A DNA stretch of 64,000 nucleotides. It comes from Candidatus Eremiobacteria bacterium. GTDB taxonomy: Bacteria; Vulcanimicrobiota; Vulcanimicrobiia; Vulcanimicrobiales; Vulcanimicrobiaceae. The notes under the pieces are model-generated. The model made no database searches, was not told the origin of the DNA, and saw only the letters and a program-made list of their open reading frames with translations. Positions 9,113-18,213 of this stretch are shown here, one piece after another; within the stretch, counting starts at the first letter, position 1, and each line of letters opens with the position of its first letter. The DNA lies in assembly GCA_963758295.1 (NCBI GenBank), contig CAVWUU010000001.1, forward strand, positions 288,001 through 352,000, written 5' to 3'. The position numbers and the translations under genes are program-made.

Positions 9113-9574
9113 TTACGGAGATGGCGCCGGCGACGGAGCCGTCCATGACGTTCCATCCGCATATTTGACTGCTGCGATCGCGCAGTAAGCGGATCCCGCG
9201 CCGATCGGCGAAACGGCCGGGTCGAGACGGAACTTGTGATGGATCGCTTCGCCGGGTGAAAACGTTCCGGAATCCTTGACGGATTGGACGACTCGATCGT
9301 GCTCGATCAGCGCGACGTCAATTTCTTTTGCGGCGATTTTGGCGTCGTTCGTAAAAGAAAAGCGCAGCACCGAGGGATCTCCGAGCGTCGTGCTCGTGGA
9401 TCTTTCCGTTCCCATGGTGTTGGCCGTCGAAGTCGGCGCATCGCTTTTCCCGAAATGCGGCGTGCATTCGGTGACGGTTACATTCGAGTCGGGCGTTTGG
9501 CGCTGTTGATCGGCCATCGCGATAATCGGCGCAGCTAGTCCGCAGAACAGAGCGAGAACGAAGAGTCGACGCAT
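9113..9574 (-). CDS. Hypothetical secreted protein
   Basis: Start MRRLFVLALF with GGGAGG RBS. Signal peptide; two Cys; C-terminal VKYADGTSW. Confidence 0.7.
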   Translation of the reverse strand: MRRLFVLALFCGLAAPIIAMADQQRQTPDSNVTVTECTPHFGKSDAPTSTANTMGTERSTSTTLGDPSVLRFSFTNDAKIAAKEIDVALIEHDRVVQSVKDSGTFSPGEAIHHKFRLDPAVSPIGAGSAYCAIAAVKYADGTSWTAPSPAPSP

Positions 9575-9630
9575 GCATACCTCCCAATGTATTGCAGGCG
9601 ATTCGCGCATCGTGCGGGGAAGCCCGCTCC

Positions 9631-11346
9631 ATGAGACGCCGTTTAATCACTCCGCTCCTGGCGCTGCTGTGCTTTACCCAATCACTAGCCTCGCCATCGG
9701 TGCCGGCAACCGCCGCGCACGCGATGGTTGTTACGGAGCAGCGTCTTGCGTCGCAGGCAGGCTTGGACATTCTCGAACGCGGCGGCAACGCGGTCGACGC
9801 GGCCGTTGCCGTTGGATACGCGCTCGCGGTCGTCGATCCGTGTTGCGGGAACATCGGCGGCGGCGGTTTCATGTTGGTGCGCATGCACGATGGGCGCGAG
9901 CGGTTTATCGATTTTCGTGAAAAGGCTCCGCGGCTCGCTACGCCCGCCATGTATCAAGACGCGGAGGGAAACGTCGTACCGGACCGTTCGCGCAAGGGTT
10001 GGCTTGCCGTCGGTGTTCCGGGAACGGTGATGGGATTCGATCGTGCGCTGCGCGAGTATGGAACGATGTCGCGGCCGGCCGTCATGGCTCGTGCAATCGC
10101 GCTGGCGCGCGACGGATTCGTCATGCAATCGGGCGATTTAATTCCGTTTGCGGGCGCAGAAACGGAAGGGTATAGCGGCGCATATGGCTTTGCGAAACAG
10201 CCGAAGGTGCGAGCGATTTGGATGCCGCGTGGCCGCTATCCGAAAGCCGGCGACCGGATCGTCCAAGCGGATCTCGCGCGGACGCTTTCCACCATCGCTG
10301 CCGGCGGCCACGAGGCGTTCTATCGTGGGCCGATCGCGCAGACCATCGTTAGGGAAAGTCAAAAGCATGGCGGAATTCTCACGGCCGAAGATTTTGCGGG
10401 GTACACTATCGGCGAAAGCGCGCCGCTGCATTGCTCGTATCACGGGTATGAAATCATTTCGGCGCCTCCGCCCAGTTCCGGCGGCGTGACGCTATGCGAA
10501 ACGCTCAACATTGTTTCGCCGTATCCGTTCGCGGCTTGGGGATGGCATAGCGTGCGTGAGGCGCACTACCTTGCTGAAGCAGAACGCCGCGCGTATGCCG
10601 ATCGCAACGCCGATCTGGGCGATCCGGCCTTCGTAAAAAACCCGATAGCGCAACTGCTCGATCCGTCGTACGCAGCGCGCTTACGCGCCGGAATTGCTCC
10701 GATGCACGCGACGCCCTCCAAAGACGTCAGGCCGGGTGTCGCGGTTTCCGTGCATGAAAACGACGACACGACGCATTTCTCCATCGTCGACAAAGACGGC
10801 AATGCGGTGGCCGTGACTTATACGATCAACGATTGGTTCGGTTCGGACGTCATTGCCGGCGATACCGGATTTTTCCTCAACGACGAAATGGATGATTTCA
10901 CCTCGAAGCCGGGTGTTCCGAACATGTACGGGCTCGTGCAGGGCGTCCGCAACGACATCGAGCCGAAGAAGCGGCCGCTTTCGTCTATGGCGCCGACGAT
11001 GGTGCTGCGCGACGGCAAAATTGCGATGGTTACCGGCAGCCCCGGTGGCTCGCGGATCATTACGATCACGCTTGAAACGATCCTCAACGCGGTCGACTTC
11101 GGCATGAACGTGCAGCAAGCGGTAGATGCGCCGCGCATGCACATGCAATGGCTGCCGGATGAAATTGAGTACGAACCGGGCGCTTTCGCCGGCGATACGG
11201 TGAAGGCGTTGCAGAGTAACGGCTATACCCTTAAAGAAATCCCGATGTGGGGCTCGGCACAAGCCATTTGGATCGATGCGAAGACCGGCATCCTTTACGG
11301 CGGGACCGATCGGCGTCATCCAGCCGGCGCCGCCATCGGATACTGA
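9631..11346 (+). CDS. ggt: Gamma-glutamyltransferase
   Basis: GGNAVDAAVA, IDFREKAP, TTHFSIVDKDGNAV (catalytic Thr), LNDEMDDF, RPLSSMAP, GSPGGSRI. Signal peptide from ATG 9631. Confidence 0.97.
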   Translation: MRRRLITPLLALLCFTQSLASPSVPATAAHAMVVTEQRLASQAGLDILERGGNAVDAAVAVGYALAVVDPCCGNIGGGGFMLVRMHDGRERFIDFREKAPRLATPAMYQDAEGNVVPDRSRKGWLAVGVPGTVMGFDRALREYGTMSRPAVMARAIALARDGFVMQSGDLIPFAGAETEGYSGAYGFAKQPKVRAIWMPRGRYPKAGDRIVQADLARTLSTIAAGGHEAFYRGPIAQTIVRESQKHGGILTAEDFAGYTIGESAPLHCSYHGYEIISAPPPSSGGVTLCETLNIVSPYPFAAWGWHSVREAHYLAEAERRAYADRNADLGDPAFVKNPIAQLLDPSYAARLRAGIAPMHATPSKDVRPGVAVSVHENDDTTHFSIVDKDGNAVAVTYTINDWFGSDVIAGDTGFFLNDEMDDFTSKPGVPNMYGLVQGVRNDIEPKKRPLSSMAPTMVLRDGKIAMVTGSPGGSRIITITLETILNAVDFGMNVQQAVDAPRMHMQWLPDEIEYEPGAFAGDTVKALQSNGYTLKEIPMWGSAQAIWIDAKTGILYGGTDRRHPAGAAIGY

Positions 11347-11786
11347 TGACGAAAAGCGTTTCATTGCTCGCGGTTTGCGAACTCGCGAACACCAGCGGCA
11401 CGGGTTGCGCATGGTGCGGCAAAGCGCTGCCTAAGCGCCGCCGCACGTGGTGCAGCGATCGTTGTTCCAAGGCGTTCTGGACGAATCACTGGTGGTCGCT
11501 CGCGCGCCGCGCAGCAAAGCGCCGCGACAAGTACCGCTGCAAACGCTGCGGTCACGTGCCGCCCAAACGCAACACGACCGAATGGCGCAAAACGCGCAAA
11601 ACCGCGCGCTTGGAAGTCAATCACATCGCTCCGGCCCTCGGCAAACACGGCACACTTAGCTGCGTTCATCACTTGGTCAATCTCGAAACGCTCTGCGTCA
11701 CGTGTCATAAAGCCGAAACGAGCGCTCAATCCAAGTCAGTGAGAAGAGACTCGGTGGCACGTTCATCGGCCCTTGAAGTGAAATAG
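11346..11786 (+). CDS. HNH endonuclease with N-terminal zinc finger
   Basis: CAWC..CSDRC zinc finger, RRDKYRCKRCG, EVNHI...NLETLCVTCH. ATG overlaps the ggt stop (TGATG). Confidence 0.75.
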   Translation: MTKSVSLLAVCELANTSGTGCAWCGKALPKRRRTWCSDRCSKAFWTNHWWSLARRAAKRRDKYRCKRCGHVPPKRNTTEWRKTRKTARLEVNHIAPALGKHGTLSCVHHLVNLETLCVTCHKAETSAQSKSVRRDSVARSSALEVK

Positions 11787-11967
11787 TCCTCGCGTACGCA
11801 CTGAACCACGGAGAAGAATTCCAAGCATTGCTAGCAGAGCGCACCCGATTCACCTCAGTAGCCGAATCCGGAGAGACGTGCATCCCGAACGGCGGAAACA
11901 TGGACGACCTCGGCGCCCGGCCGCCGGAAGTTCCCGACATCACCGCTAGGTGCGAGGGCGCTGGTTT

Positions 11968-11976
11968 TGGTATAAC
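11968..11976 (+). promoter_or_regulatory. Extended -10 promoter element, probable leaderless start for transketolase
   Basis: TGgTATAAC lies 7 nt before ATG 11984, with no SD in between. Confidence 0.5.
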
Positions 11977-11983
11977 CCGGCCT

Positions 11984-12841
11984 ATGCAGAGCCTTTCCCC
12001 TGAGCGCCGTAAGGAGCTCGAACTTAAGGCGAACGACGTCCGTGAGGGCATCATTCGCTCGCTTCTTTCCGCCGGCTCCGGCCACTCCGCCGGATCGCTC
12101 GACATGGCGGATATCTTCACGGCGCTCTACGGCGCCGTCATGCGTCACGATCCGCAAAATCCGGAGTGGCCCGAGCGCGACCGGTTGCTGCTCTCCTGCG
12201 GACACATTACCCCCGTGCGTTATTCGGCGATGGCGAACTTCGGCTACTTTCCGGTTGAAGAGCTCTTGACGCTGCGCAAATTCGGATCGCGCCTGCAAGG
12301 CCATCCGGAACGCGTGAAAATGCCGGCGCTCGAAACCACGTCGGGTCCGCTCGGCGAAGGGCTTGCACAGGGCACTGGTATGGCGCTGGGCGCGAAGCTC
12401 GACAAGAAAGATTGGCGCGTATACGTCGTGACGTCGGATGCGGAACACCAATGTGGCCTTCATTGGGAAGCCATGATGACGGCCGGCAAGTTCAATCTCG
12501 ATAACTTGACCTGCATTATCGATCGCAACTTCATTCAAATCGACGGCAGTACCGAAGACGTCATGCCGCTCGAACCGCTCGCCGACAAGTACCGCTCGTT
12601 CAATTGGGAAGTGCTTGAATGCGACGGCAACGACATCGCGGATTTCGTCGCGACCGTTGAAAAAGCCAAAGCGGTCAAAGGCCGCCCCCAAGTGATCATC
12701 GCGAACACCGTTCCGGGCAAGGGCGTCAGCTATATGGAAGGCGACTACACCTGGCACGGCAAGCCTCCGAACAAAGAGCAAGCCGACGAAGCGCTGCGCG
12801 AACTGCGCGAAAACCGCGAAAGGATCCTGGCCAATGCCTAG
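11984..12841 (+). CDS. Transketolase, N-terminal (TPP-binding) subunit
   Basis: SGHSAGSL, RDRLLLSCGH, LQGHP, SGPLGEG, TPP motif SDAEHQCG..WEA..IDRN. Confidence 0.93.
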   Translation: MQSLSPERRKELELKANDVREGIIRSLLSAGSGHSAGSLDMADIFTALYGAVMRHDPQNPEWPERDRLLLSCGHITPVRYSAMANFGYFPVEELLTLRKFGSRLQGHPERVKMPALETTSGPLGEGLAQGTGMALGAKLDKKDWRVYVVTSDAEHQCGLHWEAMMTAGKFNLDNLTCIIDRNFIQIDGSTEDVMPLEPLADKYRSFNWEVLECDGNDIADFVATVEKAKAVKGRPQVIIANTVPGKGVSYMEGDYTWHGKPPNKEQADEALRELRENRERILANA

Positions 12842-13847
12842 CACGGACGTACTCGATCAAGCCGCGCAGGCAATGCATCTCGTGGATTACCGCGATGCCG
12901 CCGCGTTGAAGCAGCTGCCCACGCGCAACGGTTTCGGGGAAGGCCTCATCGAAGCGGGAAATCGCAATTCGAACGTGATGGCGATCTGCGCGGATCTCGC
13001 GGAATCCACGCGCATGGAAGGCTTCAAGAAAGCCCATCCGGCGCAGTATCTGGAAATCGGCGTTGCGGAGCAGATGCTCGTGGCAATGGCCGGCGGTCTA
13101 GCGGCGATGGGCAAAGTGCCGTGGATTGCTTCGTACGCAATGTTCAATCCGGGCCGCTCGTGGGAGCAAGTCCGCACCATCATGGCGCTCAACGAAACCA
13201 ACGTGAAGATTGCGGGCGCCCACGCCGGCGTCTCCGTCGGCCCAGACGGCGCAACGCACCAGGCAATCGAAGACATCGCGATCATGCGCGTGATTCCGCA
13301 CATGATGGTCGTCGTGCCGTGCGACGCCATTCAAACGAAGAAAGCTACCCTCGCGCTTTCCGAGAAGTTCGGGCCGACGTATCTGCGCTTCGCGCGCGAA
13401 AAATCAGCGATCGTCACGACGGAAGAGACGCCGTTCGAGATCGGCAAGGCGCAGACGTTCCGTGAAGGCAAGGACGTAGCGATCGTTGCATGCGGCATTC
13501 TCCTGTACAACGCTTTGATTGCGGCGGAAGAGCTTGCGCGCGAGGACGGCATCGAATGCCGCGTCGTCAACAACCACACGATCAAGCCGATGGATGAAGC
13601 GGCCGTAATTGCCGCGGCTCGTGATTGCGGAAGCGTCGTCACCGTCGAAGAACACCAAGTCCACGGCGGCATGGGTTCACGCGTTGCGGAAATTCTCGCG
13701 CAGAATCAGCCGGTGCCGATCGAGTTTATCGGCGTGCACGACCAGTTTGGACAGTCCGGCGATCCAATCGAGCTAATCGAGCACTACGCAATGGGCACGA
13801 AGGCGATTAAAGATGCCGCACGGCGCGCGTACAAGCGCAAAGCCTGA
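12834..13847 (+). CDS. Transketolase, C-terminal subunit
   Basis: ADLAEST, GVAEQ, GPDGATHQAIED, YLRFAR, TIKPMD, VEEH motifs. Overlaps the upstream subunit. Confidence 0.93.
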   Translation: MPSTDVLDQAAQAMHLVDYRDAAALKQLPTRNGFGEGLIEAGNRNSNVMAICADLAESTRMEGFKKAHPAQYLEIGVAEQMLVAMAGGLAAMGKVPWIASYAMFNPGRSWEQVRTIMALNETNVKIAGAHAGVSVGPDGATHQAIEDIAIMRVIPHMMVVVPCDAIQTKKATLALSEKFGPTYLRFAREKSAIVTTEETPFEIGKAQTFREGKDVAIVACGILLYNALIAAEELAREDGIECRVVNNHTIKPMDEAAVIAAARDCGSVVTVEEHQVHGGMGSRVAEILAQNQPVPIEFIGVHDQFGQSGDPIELIEHYAMGTKAIKDAARRAYKRKA

Positions 13848-13865
13848 AAAGTGACTTGGGTTAAG

Positions 13866-13901
13866 AAAAAAAGCGGGAAGAGATTCCCGCTTTTTTGTTT
13901 T
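13866..13901. terminator. Intrinsic terminator after the transketolase genes
   Basis: AAAAAAAGCGGGAA-gaga-TTCCCGCTTTTTT hairpin with A and T tracts. Confidence 0.85.
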
Positions 13902-13977
13902 CGGCAAGCCGCCGCTGGGTAAGAGCGCAAGTAATGTCCCGTCGTCGATGCTTTATCGAAGCGGCTGTTGCCGTTAG

Positions 13978-16362
13978 ATGATTCCGTACATCGATAAGAA
14001 TGCAATCGTTGAAGCGAGTGCCGCGCAAGCGCATCCGCTTCTAGACGCGTTGCCTTTGCACGTCTGGATCCTCTCCGAAGACGGCGCGCCGGTTTTTCTT
14101 AACAAACATTGGCAGCAGTATAGCGGGCTCGAGCCGGCTGCGGCGCCATTGCTGCCTCAGACGCTGATTCATCCCGACGACGTCGATGCGGCGATGATCG
14201 CGGCGTACTCCGACCAGAGCAGCGAGCACGAGTTTCGCTTGCGCCGGGTTGACGGCGTCTATCGATGGCACTTCGTGCGTTGGCAAACCATTGCATCGAG
14301 CGACGGCGGCGAAACGTTCCGGCTCGGCACGGCGATAGACATTCACGATCAAGTGCTCGGGCGCGAAGAGCGAGACCGTCAGCTCCACGTAGTTGCCGAA
14401 GCGATTCCGGACATCGTGTGGTCGATACGCGCCGACGGGGTCCAAGACTACGCTAACGAGGCGCTGGCGCGATATTCCGGGATTCCCCTCGAGGAAACGA
14501 TCGGCTCGGGTTGGAGCCGCGTAGTGCATCCGGAAGATCTGCCGCAGGTCCTGGATTTATGGACGCGGGCGCTTCACAGCGGTGAACCGTTCCAAATGGA
14601 GTACCGTCTACGGCGGCATGACGGCGCTTACCGTTGGTTCGTCGCCCGTGCCCGTCCTATACGCGATCGTGAAGGAAGCGTCGTTCGCTGGTTCGGGACG
14701 TCGACCGATATCGACGAGCAGAAACGGCTGGTTCAAGAACAGCAGTATCTGGCGCAGCTAAGCGACGTGTTGAGCACGTCGCTCGATCTCGATGCGACGC
14801 TTGCCCGAATCGCTCGAATCGGCTTGCCGATGCTTGGCGATTGGGCCCAGCTCGATCTGCTCGACGAATCCGGAGAGCTTTACACTGCCGTTGAAGCGCA
14901 TGTCGATCCGGAGATTCATCGCTCGTTCTCGCCCGCGCGCAGCCGCCGCGCATTGCGGCTGAGCATGCTCGCCCCATCGCGTGACATCACGCGAACTGCT
15001 AAGGCTCAAATTTTCAACGAGCTTCCCCAGCGGTCGCTCGACGCGGTGGTGACAGACACCGAAGAGCGCAAACTCTATCGTCGCGCGGGCTTCGAATGCG
15101 CGCTTTTCGTGCCGCTCGTAGCTGCCGGAAGCACCATCGGCTGCATTACGTTCGTGCGGGCCGACTGCGCAGAACCGTACGAGTCGAAGATGCTTCCTTT
15201 CGCGGAAGAATTTGCGCGGCGCGCAGCACTTGCAATCACGAATGCGCGCGTCTACGAACGCGAACATCGCGTCGCGCAAACAATGCAATCGGCGTCGTTG
15301 CCGAGGGCGTTGCCGGAAGTTCCCGGCATCCAACTCAATGCGGTCTACGTTCCCGGACAAAACGACGCGCAAATCGGCGGCGACTGGTACGATGCGTTCC
15401 GGCTCAAAGACGGCCGGCTCGTGCTTTCCATCGGCGACGTTGCCGGCAGCGGTTTGGACGCGGCTGTGACCATGAGCAACATGCGGCAGATCATCCGAGG
15501 AACCGCGCAAGTCCATGCGGATCCGTTGCTGATGTTGAACGCCGCCGATCGCGCGTTGCGTTTGGAAGATCCACACCGCTTCGTCACTGCTTTCGTCGGT
15601 GTTTTCGATCCGATTGCGGGTGAGCTGGTCTATGCGAGTGCCGGACATACGCCTCCGCTGGTGCGCCGCGCAGACGGCCAAGTCGTGGAATTGCTTTTCA
15701 GCGATTTGCCGCTCGGGCTTCGCGATCGCGCCGAAGCTCAATCGCAGACGGCGAAGCTCGAGGCCGGAGACCTGTTGCTGCTGTACACCGACGGACTCAC
15801 GGAGTCGTCGAGAAATTTTGCCGCCGGATTCACCGCGCTCGATAACGCACTGCGTGCGCCGGAACTGAACGAAAGGGCCGACCCCGCCGCCTTCTTGCGC
15901 GACCGGTTGTTGGCCGGAGGGACGCGCGACGACGTTGCCATTTTGACGTTGCGCGTCGGGGAGCCGGCCGTGCGCCGGCGCTCGGTAACGCAGTGGCATT
16001 TCGACGCGCTTTCCGGGCAGTCGTTATTCCAATTGCGGAAAGAACTCGCCGAGTTGCTTTCCTCGATTACAAAAAGCGCCGATGCGTTGTTGAACGCCGA
16101 GTTAGTGCTTGGTGAGCTCGCGGGCAACGTCGTGCGTCACGCGAGCGGCGCGGTCGACATTATTCTCGACCTCGGCTCGCGCGATCCGGTGCTGCATATT
16201 GTCGACGAAGGGCCGGGCTTTGCCCGCGCCCCGATGCTCCCAAGCGATATCCTGAGCGAGTCGGGCCGCGGCCTTTTCATCGTCGCGCAAGTAACGCGTG
16301 AATTCAGCGTGGCGAGGCGAAGCGGGCGCGGCAGCCACGCGCGCGCGGTTCTGTCGGTGTAA
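13978..16362 (+). CDS. PAS-PAS-GAF-SpoIIE(PP2C) phosphatase with C-terminal HATPase (anti-sigma kinase-like) domain
   Basis: Two PAS/PAC domains (HPDD/HPED..RLRR.DG.YRW), GAF, IGGDWYD, IGDVAG, YTDGL, RDDVA, then ELAGNVVRH..DEGPG..ESGRGL. Confidence 0.9.
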   Translation: MIPYIDKNAIVEASAAQAHPLLDALPLHVWILSEDGAPVFLNKHWQQYSGLEPAAAPLLPQTLIHPDDVDAAMIAAYSDQSSEHEFRLRRVDGVYRWHFVRWQTIASSDGGETFRLGTAIDIHDQVLGREERDRQLHVVAEAIPDIVWSIRADGVQDYANEALARYSGIPLEETIGSGWSRVVHPEDLPQVLDLWTRALHSGEPFQMEYRLRRHDGAYRWFVARARPIRDREGSVVRWFGTSTDIDEQKRLVQEQQYLAQLSDVLSTSLDLDATLARIARIGLPMLGDWAQLDLLDESGELYTAVEAHVDPEIHRSFSPARSRRALRLSMLAPSRDITRTAKAQIFNELPQRSLDAVVTDTEERKLYRRAGFECALFVPLVAAGSTIGCITFVRADCAEPYESKMLPFAEEFARRAALAITNARVYEREHRVAQTMQSASLPRALPEVPGIQLNAVYVPGQNDAQIGGDWYDAFRLKDGRLVLSIGDVAGSGLDAAVTMSNMRQIIRGTAQVHADPLLMLNAADRALRLEDPHRFVTAFVGVFDPIAGELVYASAGHTPPLVRRADGQVVELLFSDLPLGLRDRAEAQSQTAKLEAGDLLLLYTDGLTESSRNFAAGFTALDNALRAPELNERADPAAFLRDRLLAGGTRDDVAILTLRVGEPAVRRRSVTQWHFDALSGQSLFQLRKELAELLSSITKSADALLNAELVLGELAGNVVRHASGAVDIILDLGSRDPVLHIVDEGPGFARAPMLPSDILSESGRGLFIVAQVTREFSVARRSGRGSHARAVLSV

Positions 16363-16371
16363 TCGAACAAC

Positions 16372-16411
16372 AGAGAAAGAGCCGGTTCAGATGAACCGGC
16401 TCTTTCTCTTT
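16372..16411. terminator. Bidirectional intrinsic terminator between the convergent SpoIIE gene and rpsO
   Basis: Long inverted repeat AGAGAAAGAGCCGGTTCA-ga-TGAACCGGCTCTTTCTCT. Confidence 0.85.
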
Positions 16412-16428
16412 ACTTTTCGAGCTTGCGC

Positions 16429-16698
16429 TTAGCGGCGCAGACCCAGATCCGCGATCAGCGAACGATAACGCTCGAGATCTTTCTGCTGCAGGTAGCTGAG
16501 CAGACGGCGACGCTGGCCGACCTGCAAAAGCAGGCCGCGGCGGCTGTGATGATCCTTCTTATGGATCTTCAAATGATCGGTGAGCTGATTGATCGACGCT
16601 GTAAGTATAGCGATTTGAACTTCGGCCGAACCGGTATCGTTGGTTCCGCGACCGTACTTGGCGGCGATCTCCGCCTTTTGTTCCTTGGTAAGAGGCAC
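16429..16698 (-). CDS. rpsO: 30S ribosomal protein S15
   Basis: GTG start with [20 protein letters not shown]...[12 protein letters not shown]...RRRLL.YL...LGLRR; 89 aa. Confidence 0.98.
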   Translation of the reverse strand: MPLTKEQKAEIAAKYGRGTNDTGSAEVQIAILTASINQLTDHLKIHKKDHHSRRGLLLQVGQRRRLLSYLQQKDLERYRSLIADLGLRR

Positions 16699-16728
16699 GA
16701 ATAGAACTCCTTGTGCAGGATAGACTCG

Positions 16729-16765
16729 GCCGGACTGCAGGGCACGCCCCGTGCTCCGCTCCGGC
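16729..16765 (-). promoter_or_regulatory. Structured rpsO 5' leader (candidate S15 autoregulatory RNA)
   Basis: Extended hairpin GCCGGA/GCGG/GCACG-ggg-CGTGC/CTGC/TCCGGC between a TGgTACGAT -10-like element and the RBS. Confidence 0.4.
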
Positions 16766-16826
16766 GACCGGCGTATCGTACCAAAGAGCGCTAAGCCGTG
16801 CAACCCGGCCAAAGTCGCTTCCGCGC

Positions 16827-17210
16827 CTATTCCTCGTCGCGCACGGGAGTGGGCTTGCCGTCCGGCCCGATGGCCACGAAAACGAAGCGGCCGACCGTGG
16901 AGAGCCGGCGCTCGCCGCTCGTGGGATGCTCGGCCCACAGCTCCACTTCCACGGTGATCGACGTGCGGCCGATGCGATCGACCCGGGCGATGGTTTCCAC
17001 GAATTCGCCGGCGCGAATCGGCTGCTTGAAATCGATGCGATCCACCGAAGCGGTCACGACAGTCTTGCGGCAGCTGCGCATGGCCGCAATCGACGCGACC
17101 ACGTCCATCATGGCGAGCGCTTTTCCGCCGAAAAGCGTGCCGTAATGGTTGGTTTCATGCGGAAAGACGATTTCGGTGCGCCGCTCGACGATTTGTTCGG
17201 TTTCGTTCAT
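16827..17210 (-). CDS. Acyl-CoA thioesterase (hotdog fold, YciA-like)
   Basis: [15 protein letters not shown]...MD...VVTASVD.IDF..PI..G...GRTSI. Confidence 0.92.
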   Translation of the reverse strand: MNETEQIVERRTEIVFPHETNHYGTLFGGKALAMMDVVASIAAMRSCRKTVVTASVDRIDFKQPIRAGEFVETIARVDRIGRTSITVEVELWAEHPTSGERRLSTVGRFVFVAIGPDGKPTPVRDEE

Positions 17211-17295
17211 GACGGCGTCACTGATTCGCGGCGGCGCCGGGCGCTCATGCCCAGCGGGCGCGGCGGCTTTTTCTGCGAATCGGTGTAACTCTATC

Positions 17296-18213
17296 ATGCA
17301 AGCTCAATTCGATGAAGCGACCCGCGAAGGCATCGCTGTTGCGGAACCGTTGATCCGTCCGTACATCCGGCGCACGCCGTTGCTCGACGTCGACGGCGTT
17401 GCCGTGAAAGTCGAATCGATGCAAGTGGCCGGGTCGTTCAAAGCACGCGGTGCCTTTACAAATATGCTCGCGCGGCAAATCCCAAGTGCAGGCGTCGTCG
17501 CAGCATCCGGGGGCAATCACGGCGCGGCGGTTGCGTATGCGGCAAAAAGGCTCGGCGTTCCGTGCAAGATCTTTATCCCGGAGGTGTCATCGCCCGCGAA
17601 AGTCGAGCGAATCCGTTCGTACGGAGCGGAGCTTGTAATCGTTCCGGGTACGTACAGCGACGCATACGCGGCAAGTCTGGTAGATGCAGCCGAGTCGGGC
17701 GCGTTGCAGATTCACGCGTTCGACTCCGTTGAAACGATCCTTGGCCAAGGGACGATTGCAAAAGAAATCGAGGAACAAGCTCCGCATCTCGACTCGCTGC
17801 TTGTTGCGGTCGGCGGCGGCGGATTGATTGCCGGCATCGCGACGTGGTTCGGAAAGCGGATGCGCGTCGTTGCGGTCGAGCCGGAAGGCGCGCCGACGCT
17901 TACGCACGCCGTAACCGCAGGCGCACCGATCGATGCACCGACCGGCAGCATTGCCAACGATTCGCTTGCACCGCGCCGAGTCGGCGAACGCGTCTACGAA
18001 ATCTTGAAGCGCTCGCTCGACCGCGTCGTTTTGGTAAGCGACGAAGAAATTCGCGCGGGACAAACAGCCTTATGGGAAAAAGCCCGAATCGTTGCGGAGC
18101 CCGGCGGAGCTGCAGCATACTGTGCATTGTTGGCGGGAAAATACCGCCCCGAAGCCGGCGAACGCGTCGGCGTCGTTGTTAGCGGCGGAAATACGGTGCT
18201 TACATGGATTTAA
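17296..18213 (+). CDS. PLP-dependent threonine/serine dehydratase family protein
   Basis: RRTPL, KVESMQVAGSFKARG (PLP Lys), ASGGNHG, VGGGGL, SGGN. Confidence 0.92.
   Translation: MQAQFDEATREGIAVAEPLIRPYIRRTPLLDVDGVAVKVESMQVAGSFKARGAFTNMLARQIPSAGVVAASGGNHGAAVAYAAKRLGVPCKIFIPEVSSPAKVERIRSYGAELVIVPGTYSDAYAASLVDAAESGALQIHAFDSVETILGQGTIAKEIEEQAPHLDSLLVAVGGGGLIAGIATWFGKRMRVVAVEPEGAPTLTHAVTAGAPIDAPTGSIANDSLAPRRVGERVYEILKRSLDRVVLVSDEEIRAGQTALWEKARIVAEPGGAAAYCALLAGKYRPEAGERVGVVVSGGNTVLTWI

Noticed and set aside
11787..11983. Small gene or ncRNA between HNH and transketolase, or a 52-aa N-terminal extension of transketolase
   Set aside because: No convincing frame or structure. A -10 box directly before ATG 11984 argues against the extension.
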